Source of the DNA: Clostridia bacterium
GTDB taxonomy: Bacteria > Bacillota > Clostridia > Christensenellales > UBA1242
Length of the DNA stretch: 64,000 nt
Assembly (NCBI GenBank): GCA_045650505.1
Contig: JAZRRE010000003.1
Location: forward strand, 11,759 to 75,758
Direction of reading: 5' to 3'
Position numbers and translations under genes: made by a program. Shown in pieces: positions 19,725 through 27,224 of the stretch (positions are counted from its first letter, which is position 1; each line of letters starts with the position of its first letter). The notes beneath the pieces were generated by a model, which saw nothing but the letters and a program-made list of their open reading frames with translations, ran no database searches and was not told the origin of the DNA.

Positions 19725-20612
19725 TTGTGGTTGAAAACTTGAAGTATCTGGATTTGGCATTGAAACAAGAGGTTCTCTGTCGGTGTAAGGTTTTTGTTTT
19801 TTTGCTTTATAATCTTCTATAAAACCAAGTTCAAGGTCGTGTTTTCTTCTAAAATAAGAAAGTTCAACCAATTTTTTTGCATAACTTGCAATAGTTGCTG
19901 GTGTTTGTGGTTTTTCAAGCCCAACAAAATTTGTATTGAAACCATAAACAATTGCAAGGTTGTTGTTTTTTCTGTTTTCAGTTGCGTGAGTTTTTGCAAA
20001 GCTATAAAGTGCATCTTCAAAGGTTTGTTTTGGTTCAACATAAAGCTTCACCGGAGTAATGTTTTTAGAGGTGAACTTGTCAAGGTTATATTTTTCTCTA
20101 ACAATGGTTAAATTTTTAATATAGTCAAGGGTTTCTTGTGGGGCAGTTTTTCCATTATAAAGAATGAAATATAAATCAAGAAGCTCTGCTCTGATAAACT
20201 CTTTAATCATTTCTTCATGTTCACGAACAAGTGTTGAAAAGGCTCTTTTTTGTTTTGCAGCCGCTTTTTCAGTTTCTTGCCTAATCATTTCAGGTGAGGC
20301 ATAATAAGCAAGTTTGTTTGCACTTTGATAATCGGTTATATTTGAATCCATAAGGGTTGGAAGCACAACAAAATTTATGGTGCTTAAAACTTCATTTGGC
20401 ATTGTTTTGAGCTTAATTTCAACATTAGCAGGCATACCTGTTTGGTTGCAAGAATCAATAATTTCACCAACGCTTTCGTTTGAAAAACTTTCAGACCAAA
20501 GTTCATCGGAGTCTTTTGTTCCGTGAGTGTTGTGGAAAGTTGCGTGAAAATCAAGATATTTTCTTGTTCCAACGCTAGTTTTTGTGTGTTCATAAATTTG
20601 ACGACTATCCAT
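19722..20612 (-). CDS. Hypothetical protein (296 aa), no recognisable domain
   Basis: Long clean ORF convergent with rnr, placed between rnr and smpB. I recognise no motif. Confidence 0.6.
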   Translation of the reverse strand: MDSRQIYEHTKTSVGTRKYLDFHATFHNTHGTKDSDELWSESFSNESVGEIIDSCNQTGMPANVEIKLKTMPNEVLSTINFVVLPTLMDSNITDYQSANKLAYYASPEMIRQETEKAAAKQKRAFSTLVREHEEMIKEFIRAELLDLYFILYNGKTAPQETLDYIKNLTIVREKYNLDKFTSKNITPVKLYVEPKQTFEDALYSFAKTHATENRKNNNLAIVYGFNTNFVGLEKPQTPATIASYAKKLVELSYFRRKHDLELGFIEDYKAKKQKPYTDREPLVSMPNPDTSSFQPQ

Positions 20613-20768
20613 AAAAGCCCCTTAAAATCAGTTTATTTATTTCTAATTATATAATAATAAATTCAATAAGAAGTGTCAATAACTATTAAAATTTTGGGGT
20701 ATTTTTCAAAATTTAATTTGTTTAAATATTCTATTGATAATTAAAAATAGTTATGATATAATATTTTT

Positions 20769-21212
20769 ATGAAAATTTTAACAGAAAATAGAGAAGCAAG
20801 ACATAATTACTTTTTAGAGCAAGCCTTTGAGGCGGGCATTGTTCTTGTTGGCAGCGAAGTTAAGTCTATTCGCGCAGGCAAAGCAAACCTTAAAGATAGT
20901 TATGTGCTTATTCGAAATGGTGAAGTCTTTCTTTTAAACTGTTTCATTTCAAATTTTGACAAAACAGGAATGTTTAAGCCAGATGAAAGAAGAACAAGAA
21001 AACTTTTGCTCAACAAGGCTGAAATTTTGAAGTTAGAGAGAAAAACAAAAGAGCAGGGTTACACCATTGTTCCAACAAAAATGTATTTAGTTGGTGACAA
21101 AGTTAAAGTTGAAATTGCTCTTGCAAAAGGTAAAAAACTTTACAACAAAAAAGAAGACAAAATGAAAGCAGACCTTAAGCGTTATGCTGAAAGGCAAATC
21201 AAAGTTGGTTAA
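20769..21212 (+). CDS. smpB: SsrA-binding protein SmpB
   Basis: ENREARHNYFLEQAFEAGIVLVGSEVKSIRAGKANLKDSYV... is an SmpB pattern. tmRNA lies immediately downstream. Confidence 0.96.
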   Translation: MKILTENREARHNYFLEQAFEAGIVLVGSEVKSIRAGKANLKDSYVLIRNGEVFLLNCFISNFDKTGMFKPDERRTRKLLLNKAEILKLERKTKEQGYTIVPTKMYLVGDKVKVEIALAKGKKLYNKKEDKMKADLKRYAERQIKVG

Positions 21213-21230
21213 AATTTTCGTGAACAATAT

Positions 21231-21597
21231 GGGGGTGTTTCTGGTTTCGACAGGGAGCAAGAAATGCTATTTATAAGCGTGTGTGTAGCCTCGGCCTACA
21301 TTAAAAACGAGAAAAAAATAAACGCAGATAACTATTCTGTTGCTACTGACGTAGCAGTTGCTGCTTAATTTTAGCGGCTCGGCAATTTAAAATTTCTCAC
21401 TGGTTTTAAGTTGTTGTCATAATAAGTGGGGTGAACACTGTTGATGTTCGTGCATCAGTGTTCGAGATTTAACGGACTGGCTCAAAATGATTTTGTTTAT
21501 TTAAAGTTTTGTGTGAGACAATAAAATAAACTAGCACACGTAGAAGGGGTAGTCTTTCGCTTTTTGGACGCGGGTTCAAGTCCCGCCACCTCCACCA
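21231..21597 (+). ncRNA. ssrA: tmRNA (SsrA)
   Basis: 5' GGGGGTG pairs with 3' CACCTCCACCA, including a G3:U pair. T-arm GGACGCGGGTTCAAGTCCCGCC. The internal tag frame ends ...ADNYSVATDVAVAA-TAA (21324-21368). Confidence 0.93.
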
Positions 21598-21600
21598 AAT

Positions 21601-21630
21601 AAAAGCCTTGGAATTTTCCAAGGCTTTTTC
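21601..21630 (+). terminator. tmRNA terminator
   Basis: AAAAGCCTTGG-aatttt-CCAAGGCTTTTT. Confidence 0.85.
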
Positions 21631-21718
21631 TTATAGTCGGTGGCTGGGACAGTTTGAAATGAGTGACGCTCGAAATTTTCTCGCTATTCTGTCGCAAGAT
21701 AAACTTGCTCCTTACACG

Positions 21719-21735
21719 CCCGCCACCTCCACCAA
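21719..21735 (+). repeat. Direct repeat of the tmRNA 3' end (att-like)
   Basis: CCCGCCACCTCCACCAA is identical to 21582-21598, the last 17 nt of ssrA including one flanking base. Confidence 0.9.
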
Positions 21736-21742
21736 TATTTCA

Positions 21743-21774
21743 AATCGAACCTAATACATTGGGTTCGATTTTTA
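21743..21774 (+). terminator. Second terminator, following the duplicated tmRNA end
   Basis: ATCGAACC-taatacattg-GGTTCGAT followed by T5. Confidence 0.75.
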
Positions 21775-21790
21775 TTTGTGGCGCACTTTC

Positions 21791-21819
21791 TTGAATTGGC
21801 AAATTTTGGGTGTTAAAAT
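21791..21819 (+). promoter_or_regulatory. Promoter of the barnase-barstar cluster
   Basis: TTGAAT (21791-21796), 17-nt spacer, TAAAAT (21814-21819). Confidence 0.5.
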
Positions 21820-21858
21820 TTTTATATAATTGCTAAATTCAAGGAGAAATGCTAAAAT

Positions 21859-22428
21859 ATGAGTATATTTGATGATATAAAAGAATCAGTAGAAAATTTT
21901 TTCAAAGAAAAAACAACTAAATATAACAAATCTTCAAAATGGAAAGAATATAAACTTGGAGCAACTTTAACACATTGTGCAACTTGTTATGATAGAAATA
22001 ATAAAATTTACGAAGCATATTATAATGAACCAAAACTTCCAGAACACGATAATTGCAAATGTTATCTTGAGTGGCTCAAAAGTTTGGGTGTTGGAAAAGC
22101 AACGGAACTTGGAATAAATGGTGCAGATTTTTATCTAAAATATTATGGGCGTTTGCCAGAGTATTATATAACAAAACAAGAAGCAAAAAGTTTAGGTTGG
22201 AAGTCTTATAAGGGAAATTTTGACAAAGTTGCACCTGGAAAAATGATGGGTGGAAATATATATAAAAATAAATTGGGTATATTGCCAAACAAAGAAGGTC
22301 GAGTTTGGTATGAGTGTGATATTGATTATCAAGGTGGATACAGAAACAATGCAAGGCTTGTTTATTCAAATGATGGTTTGATATTTAAAACAGATAGTCA
22401 TTATACAAATTTTATAGCGATTGAATAA
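21859..22428 (+). CDS. Barnase-family ribonuclease toxin with an N-terminal MuF-type CxxC...HxNCxC motif
   Basis: The C-terminal ~110 aa align by eye with B. amyloliquefaciens barnase (LPEYYITKQEAKSLGWK...VAPGKMMGGNIYKN...GRVWYECDIDY...RNNARLVYSNDGLIFKTDSHYTNF). The N-terminus has CATCYDRNNKIY...LPEHDNCKCY. Confidence 0.88.
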   Translation: MSIFDDIKESVENFFKEKTTKYNKSSKWKEYKLGATLTHCATCYDRNNKIYEAYYNEPKLPEHDNCKCYLEWLKSLGVGKATELGINGADFYLKYYGRLPEYYITKQEAKSLGWKSYKGNFDKVAPGKMMGGNIYKNKLGILPNKEGRVWYECDIDYQGGYRNNARLVYSNDGLIFKTDSHYTNFIAIE

Positions 22429-22438
22429 GGAGAAAACT

Positions 22439-22717
22439 ATGGTAAAGTATGAATTTAATAGAAATGAATTTGAATGGGCAGAAGAGTTTTATGACATTAT
22501 TCAAAAGAAAATGAATTTGCCAGATTGGTTTGGAAAAAATCCAGATGCATTGTGGGATATGCTTACAGGTCACATTGAAACGCCTTGTGAAATTACACTA
22601 GTGGGTTTTAGTAGAGAAGAAAATGAATATAATAAAAAGGTTTTGGGTTATATATTTGACATTTTACGAGATGCACAAGAAGAGTTCCCAGACGAGTTTA
22701 AAATTATAATAAAATAG
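22439..22717 (+). CDS. Barstar-family immunity protein, copy 1
   Basis: F.DIIQKKMNLPDWFGKNPDALWDMLTGHIE matches the barstar YYGENLDALWDCLTG helix. AAGGAG RBS. ATG 22439 lies within the track ORF. Confidence 0.88.
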   Translation: MVKYEFNRNEFEWAEEFYDIIQKKMNLPDWFGKNPDALWDMLTGHIETPCEITLVGFSREENEYNKKVLGYIFDILRDAQEEFPDEFKIIIK

Positions 22718-22725
22718 GTGTTGCT

Positions 22726-23007
22726 ATGGTAAAGTATGAATTTAATAGAAATGAATTTGAATGGGCAGAAGAGTTTTATGATGTTATTCAAAAGAAAATG
22801 AATTTGCCAGATTGGTTTGGAAAAAATGCTGATGCTTTGTGGGATATGCTTACAGGTCACATAGAAACACCTTGTGAAATTATACTTATTGGTTTTAATA
22901 AAGAAGAAACAAATAAATATAATAAATTAATAATTGATAGAATACTTTTTTGTTTTGAAGAAGCAGAAAAAGAATATCCAGACGAATTTAAAATAATTAA
23001 AAAGTAG
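22726..23007 (+). CDS. Barstar-family immunity protein, copy 2
   Basis: The N-terminal ~55 aa are nearly identical to copy 1 (NADALWDMLTGH). The C-terminus has diverged. Confidence 0.88.
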   Translation: MVKYEFNRNEFEWAEEFYDVIQKKMNLPDWFGKNADALWDMLTGHIETPCEIILIGFNKEETNKYNKLIIDRILFCFEEAEKEYPDEFKIIKK

Positions 23008-23013
23008 GTTTTT

Positions 23014-23292
23014 ATGGTTAAATATGAATTTAATAGAAATGAATTTGAATGGGCAGAAGAGTTTTATGACATTATTCAAAAGAAAATGAATTTGCCAGAT
23101 TGGTTTGGAAAAAATCCACCTGCATTATGGGATATGCTTACAGGTTACATAGAAACACCTTGTGAAATTACACTTATTGGATTTAACAAGGAAGAAAATG
23201 ATTACAATAAAAAAGTTTTAGGGTATATACTTGAGAGATTTGAAGATGCAGAAAAAGAATTTCCTGATGAATTTAAAATAATTAAAAAGTAA
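23014..23292 (+). CDS. Barstar-family immunity protein, copy 3
   Basis: Same N-terminal block, but NPPALWDMLTGY. The first Asp of the barnase-binding helix is replaced by Pro. Confidence 0.85.
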   Translation: MVKYEFNRNEFEWAEEFYDIIQKKMNLPDWFGKNPPALWDMLTGYIETPCEITLIGFNKEENDYNKKVLGYILERFEDAEKEFPDEFKIIKK

Positions 23293-23378
23293 AAGTTCAA
23301 TTTAATTATGATGTTCTTCACCAATAATTAAGGCAAGTTTTGGCTTGTCTTTTTTTGTTTCGAAAAATTTATATTTAA

Positions 23379-23412
23379 TGTCCGTTTTTTTGGACAATAT
23401 GTTTGGTATGAT
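23379..23412 (+). promoter_or_regulatory. Operator-promoter module A: TGTCC-N8-GGACA dyad plus extended -10
   Basis: Dyad at 23379-23396, then 10 nt, then TGGTATGAT (-10 hexamer 23407-23412). Preceded by GAAAAATTT, as in modules C and D. Confidence 0.6.
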
Positions 23413-23445
23413 GTGGATAATAACAAAAAGCCAAAGGAGAAAACT

Positions 23446-24729
23446 ATGAAAGAGTTTGATAGAGTTATTGGATATGAATCAATTAAAAAAGAATTAAAAA
23501 GAATTTGTGATATTTTGGTGAATCCTGAAAAATATGACAAATTTGGGGTTAAAGCCTCACAGGGCTTGCTTTTGTTTGGTGACCCAGGTGTGGGCAAAAG
23601 TTTAATGGCGGAATGCTTCATTAATGCCACAAAAAGAAAGTGTTTTGTTTGCAGAAAAACCAAGCCAAACGGTGAATTTGTGAATGAAATCACAAAAACA
23701 TTTGAAGATGCCAAAGCAAATGCGCCATCAATTGTATTTCTTGATGATATGGATAAGTTTGCAAATGAAGATGAAAGAAGACCTGACACCGAAGAATATG
23801 TGACCATTCAATCTTGCATTGATGGAATTAAAGGCAGTGATGTGTTTGTTGTTGCGACCGCAAATGATATTTACAAACTTCCTTATTCACTTCGAAGGAC
23901 AGGCAGGTTCTCAAAAAGAATTGAAGTAAGAGCACCTGAAGGCAAAGATGCAGAAAACATTATTAAGTTTTATTTAAGCCAAAAAGACAAAGTCGGTGAT
24001 ATCAACTTAACCGAAATTTCAAGACTTCTCACAACAAAAACCTGTGCCGATTTAGAAATTATTGTAAATGAAGTAGGGGTTTATGCTGCAGCAGAAGGCA
24101 AAGAAAAAATTGAGCATAATGATATGGTTAGGGCATGTTTAAGAGTGTTATATGATGCACCTGAAGCAGAAGAATCTGTGTTTTCAAACAGCAGTGAGAA
24201 AAACAAGATGACTGCTTATCACGAAGCAGGGCATATTGTTGTTGCAGAAATTTTAGAGCCCGAAAGTGTAACCCTTGCATCTATTGCAAATTACACAGGT
24301 GATGCTGCAGGAATCACCTCAACTTATCAAACAAATGATTATTATCATTCAATCAAATATATGAAAAACAGAGTGAAAGTTGTGCTTGGTGGAAAGGCTG
24401 CAACTGAAATTGTGTTTGGTGAAATTGATGTTGGTGCAACAAATGATTTAAACAGAGCATTTAAAATTGCATCAAGATTTGATGATGACTATTGTGGAAT
24501 AGGTTTCGATTCAAATATTCGATACAACCATGATACATCAGATATGCAGAGAGAAAGACATAATCAAAAACTTGCAGTTGAACTTGAAAAATCTTATTTA
24601 GAAGTGAAAGAAATTATTGTTAAAAATCGTGAGTTTTTAGAAAAATTGGCTAACAAACTTTTAGAAAAAACAACAATTATGATGAGTGATATTCAAGAAA
24701 TTAAAAAGACTTGCAACATTTCAAGGTAG
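23446..24729 (+). CDS. Soluble FtsH-like AAA+ ATPase fused to an M41 zinc metalloprotease domain (no TM segments)
   Basis: Walker A GDPGVGKS, Walker B IVFLDDMD, SRH/Arg-finger ATANDIYKLPYSLRRTGRFS, and M41 motifs AYHEAGH...GGKAATEIVFG...GATNDL. ATG 23446 follows AAGGAG. The track start at 23413 directly abuts the predicted -10. Confidence 0.85.
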   Translation: MKEFDRVIGYESIKKELKRICDILVNPEKYDKFGVKASQGLLLFGDPGVGKSLMAECFINATKRKCFVCRKTKPNGEFVNEITKTFEDAKANAPSIVFLDDMDKFANEDERRPDTEEYVTIQSCIDGIKGSDVFVVATANDIYKLPYSLRRTGRFSKRIEVRAPEGKDAENIIKFYLSQKDKVGDINLTEISRLLTTKTCADLEIIVNEVGVYAAAEGKEKIEHNDMVRACLRVLYDAPEAEESVFSNSSEKNKMTAYHEAGHIVVAEILEPESVTLASIANYTGDAAGITSTYQTNDYYHSIKYMKNRVKVVLGGKAATEIVFGEIDVGATNDLNRAFKIASRFDDDYCGIGFDSNIRYNHDTSDMQRERHNQKLAVELEKSYLEVKEIIVKNREFLEKLANKLLEKTTIMMSDIQEIKKTCNISR

Positions 24730-24736
24730 GTGATTT

Positions 24737-25429
24737 ATGAGATATGTGGTTTCAGACATTCATGGCAATTATGATTTGCTTGTAAAATTATTAAATAAAA
24801 TTAAATTTTCAAAAGAAGACACATTGTTTGTTTTGGGTGATGTGATTGACAAGGGCAAAGATGTTCAAAAATTGTTAAATTTGCTTTTTGGTGAACTTCG
24901 TGATAACTCTTTTGTTCTTGCTGGAAATCATGAGTATGAGTTTGTGAAAATGGTTACCAACTTAATAACTCAAAATGCAAGTGACAAGAAAATTTTAGAG
25001 GAAAGCAAAAAGTTTTTGGGTGTTAAAAACTTAACACTTCAAGATGTTGATGACATTATGAATTTGCCTTATTTTCACGAAGAAGATGATTTTATTTTGG
25101 TTCATGCTGGTGTTCCATTCGATATGCGCGGAAATCAAATTCCTTTAGAACAAGCGGCTCTTGAAGATTTGGTTTATGATAGAAGATTTAAAAGAGAATG
25201 TTTTTTGCCTGAAAATTGTAAGTGTGTAATTTTTGGGCACACGCCAACATTTTATATTGAAGGGCATAGTGGCAAGATTATAAAATATCAAAAACCTAAA
25301 ACAGTGGGAAACAAGCCAAAAGATTATTACAAAATCCATATTGACACCGGCAATTATTTAACCGGAATTTTGGGCTGTTTGTGTCTTGATGATATGACAG
25401 AATATTATGTTAGTGAAATTGTTGAATAA
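24737..25429 (+). CDS. PPP-family metallophosphoesterase (PrpE/ApaH/lambda-phosphatase-like)
   Basis: Motifs VSDIHGN, GDVIDKG, GNHE, VHAG and GHTP occur in canonical order. Starts 8 nt after the protease gene. Confidence 0.85.
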   Translation: MRYVVSDIHGNYDLLVKLLNKIKFSKEDTLFVLGDVIDKGKDVQKLLNLLFGELRDNSFVLAGNHEYEFVKMVTNLITQNASDKKILEESKKFLGVKNLTLQDVDDIMNLPYFHEEDDFILVHAGVPFDMRGNQIPLEQAALEDLVYDRRFKRECFLPENCKCVIFGHTPTFYIEGHSGKIIKYQKPKTVGNKPKDYYKIHIDTGNYLTGILGCLCLDDMTEYYVSEIVE

Positions 25430-25433
25430 ATAG

Positions 25434-25467
25434 AAATGTGTCCAAAATAATGGACACATTTTGTTTT
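25434..25467 (+). terminator. Hairpin terminator that also contains a TGTCC-N8-GGACA dyad (module B)
   Basis: AAATGTGTCC-aaaataat-GGACACATTT followed by TTTTGTTTT. TGATATTAT (-10 hexamer 25475-25480) follows 18 nt after the dyad. Confidence 0.7.
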
Positions 25468-25517
25468 AAAATGATATTATGGAAATGATAAAAATTAGAA
25501 AATTAAAAAGGTTGAAA

Positions 25518-26510
25518 ATGGCTTACACAAACAATAAAAAATTATCCATAATTTATATTTTAGAAATTTTGAAAGAATATTCAGATGAAAAACACCCGCT
25601 CACACAAAATGAAATCTTGAAAAAACTTTATGATGTTTATGGAATGGAATGTGAAAGAAAATCTGTTGGTGCAAACATTGAAAATTTGATTGAAGCGGGC
25701 TATGACATCGTTAAATGTGAGGGTGGTGGCTGCTATCTTGGTGCACGCGATTTTGAGCAGAGTGAAATTTCGTTTTTGGTTGATGCAGTTTTTTCAAGCA
25801 AATCAATAGACAGCAAAAAATCGCGAGATTTGGCAAAGAAAATTTCGGCATTTTCAAGCAAATATGATAGAAAGAAATATAATTATATTTACAAAAGTGA
25901 TGAAATTTCAAGAACAAACAACAAGCAGTTGTTTTACACCATTGACATTTTGCACGAAGCAATAGAGCAGAAAAAACAGGTTGAATTTTCTTACGACAGA
26001 CCTTATGTTTCTAAAGCAAATCAAGAGAAACAACAAAATAAAAGATATATTGTGAATCCTTATTTTTTGGTTAATAATCAGGGCAGATATTATCTTGTGT
26101 GCAATTATCATTATTTTGATGATATTGCAAACTATAAACTTGACCAAATTAAAGATATCAAAATTTTAGAAAAAGATGCAAAACCAATTGAAAAGGTTAA
26201 AGGTTTTGAAAATGGACTTGATATTGCAAAGTATGCAAATGAAAATATTTATATGTTTTCAGCCGAAACTATTGATGCAGTTTTAAAACTTTCAGATGAG
26301 TATGCGGTTGGAATTTTAACCGATTGGTTTGGAACAAATGCAAGGGTTTATCAGCAAAATGGAGAGATTTTTGCTGATGTGAAAGCAAATGAAAAAGCCA
26401 TAGTTTATTGGGCACTTCAATATGGTGAGCACTTTGAACTTTTGTCACCACAACAAACACGCGAAAAAATCAAACAAGCAATAGAAACTTTAAACAAAAA
26501 ATACAATTAA
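25518..26510 (+). CDS. WYL-domain transcriptional regulator (wHTH-WYL-C-terminal extension)
   Basis: N-terminal wHTH-like region (IIYILEILKEYSDEKHPLTQNEILKKL...) and a central RYIVNPYFLVNNQGRYYLVCNY WYL signature. Start chosen downstream of the predicted -10, while the track start at 25479 overlaps it. Confidence 0.8.
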   Translation: MAYTNNKKLSIIYILEILKEYSDEKHPLTQNEILKKLYDVYGMECERKSVGANIENLIEAGYDIVKCEGGGCYLGARDFEQSEISFLVDAVFSSKSIDSKKSRDLAKKISAFSSKYDRKKYNYIYKSDEISRTNNKQLFYTIDILHEAIEQKKQVEFSYDRPYVSKANQEKQQNKRYIVNPYFLVNNQGRYYLVCNYHYFDDIANYKLDQIKDIKILEKDAKPIEKVKGFENGLDIAKYANENIYMFSAETIDAVLKLSDEYAVGILTDWFGTNARVYQQNGEIFADVKANEKAIVYWALQYGEHFELLSPQQTREKIKQAIETLNKKYN

Positions 26511-26527
26511 ACACAGGAGAAAAATAG

Positions 26528-27214
26528 ATGTTTCAACAAAAAAGTATAAAAGATATTGTGGATGAAATTTATCAAGATATTGTTAATGGTAAAATTATTT
26601 TTGCAAATGAAAATCAATTTCAGTTTGAATTGGCGTGGAGAATTAAAAATGAGTATAAAAATTATGATGTAATTTTTGAGGCTGTCTATTTAGACAACAC
26701 AGGAAAGAAATGTTACACTGATTTAGTTGTGTTAGATAAAAACAATAAAAAATACACTCCAATTGAACTTAAATATAAAACAAAGAGTAGATATAAAAAT
26801 GATTTATTATTAAAAAATCAAGATGCACAAGGGCTTGCAGCATATGATTATTTAATGGATTTAATGAGAATAGAATTTTTACAACAAAATCCACAGCAAC
26901 AATTAAAATTTTATGAGTATTATGATAATAATCAAAGTTATTCATTTGATACAGGCTATGCAATAATGTTCACAAACGATAAATCTTATTATAACGGAGA
27001 TTGGATAAATAATCAGGCTAGAGATTTCTCAATAAAAGAGGGTTTAAACAAAACAGGAACTCTTAATTGGAATTTAAAAATCAATAAAGTTAATAATTTT
27101 GGAAAAAACAGACAAAATTCAATTATTTTAAAAAACAACTATTTGTGTGAATGGGCACCAAAAATTGCGATAAATAACAATAATTATTTTCGCTATTTAA
27201 TACTAGAAGTTTAG
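26528..27214 (+). CDS. Hypothetical protein, possible PD-(D/E)xK nuclease fold
   Basis: Ordered E (FQFELAWRI), D (CYTDLVVLD) and ExK (TPIELKYK) motifs. This is weak, motif-level evidence only. Confidence 0.45.
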   Translation: MFQQKSIKDIVDEIYQDIVNGKIIFANENQFQFELAWRIKNEYKNYDVIFEAVYLDNTGKKCYTDLVVLDKNNKKYTPIELKYKTKSRYKNDLLLKNQDAQGLAAYDYLMDLMRIEFLQQNPQQQLKFYEYYDNNQSYSFDTGYAIMFTNDKSYYNGDWINNQARDFSIKEGLNKTGTLNWNLKINKVNNFGKNRQNSIILKNNYLCEWAPKIAINNNNYFRYLILEV

Positions 27215-27224
27215 GAGAACATTT

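Larger units (their letters stand above)
22439..23292 (+). repeat. Three tandem ~288-bp gene-length repeats (the barstar paralogs)
   Basis: The first ~165 nt of each unit are near-identical at DNA level (ATGGT[AT]AA[GA]TATGAATTTAATAGAAATGAATTTGAATGGGCAGAAGAGTTTTATGA...). The 3' halves have diverged. Confidence 0.9.

Noticed and set aside
21497-21697. 66-aa minus-strand ORF overlapping the tmRNA 3' domain and terminator
   Set aside because: It overlaps a confidently identified tmRNA and two hairpins, and nothing supports it as coding.
21660-21755. 31-codon ORF (MSDARNFLAILSQDKLAPYTPATSTNISNRT) between the two tmRNA-end copies
   Set aside because: It has no RBS, it runs through the att-like repeat, and it is most simply non-coding relic sequence.
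22439-23292. Tandem ~288-bp repeats as a possible CRISPR array or satellite
   Set aside because: Each unit is a complete barstar ORF with an RBS. The repeat length and lack of short spacers are incompatible with CRISPR. I saw no CRISPR array anywhere in the window.
25434-25467. Counting the dyad upstream of the WYL gene as a definite fourth operator
   Set aside because: It has 10-bp perfect arms followed by a T-run right after the phosphatase stop, so it can be explained as an ordinary terminator. Its spacing to the -10 (18 nt) also differs from the 10 nt seen in the other three modules. I keep it as ambiguous.
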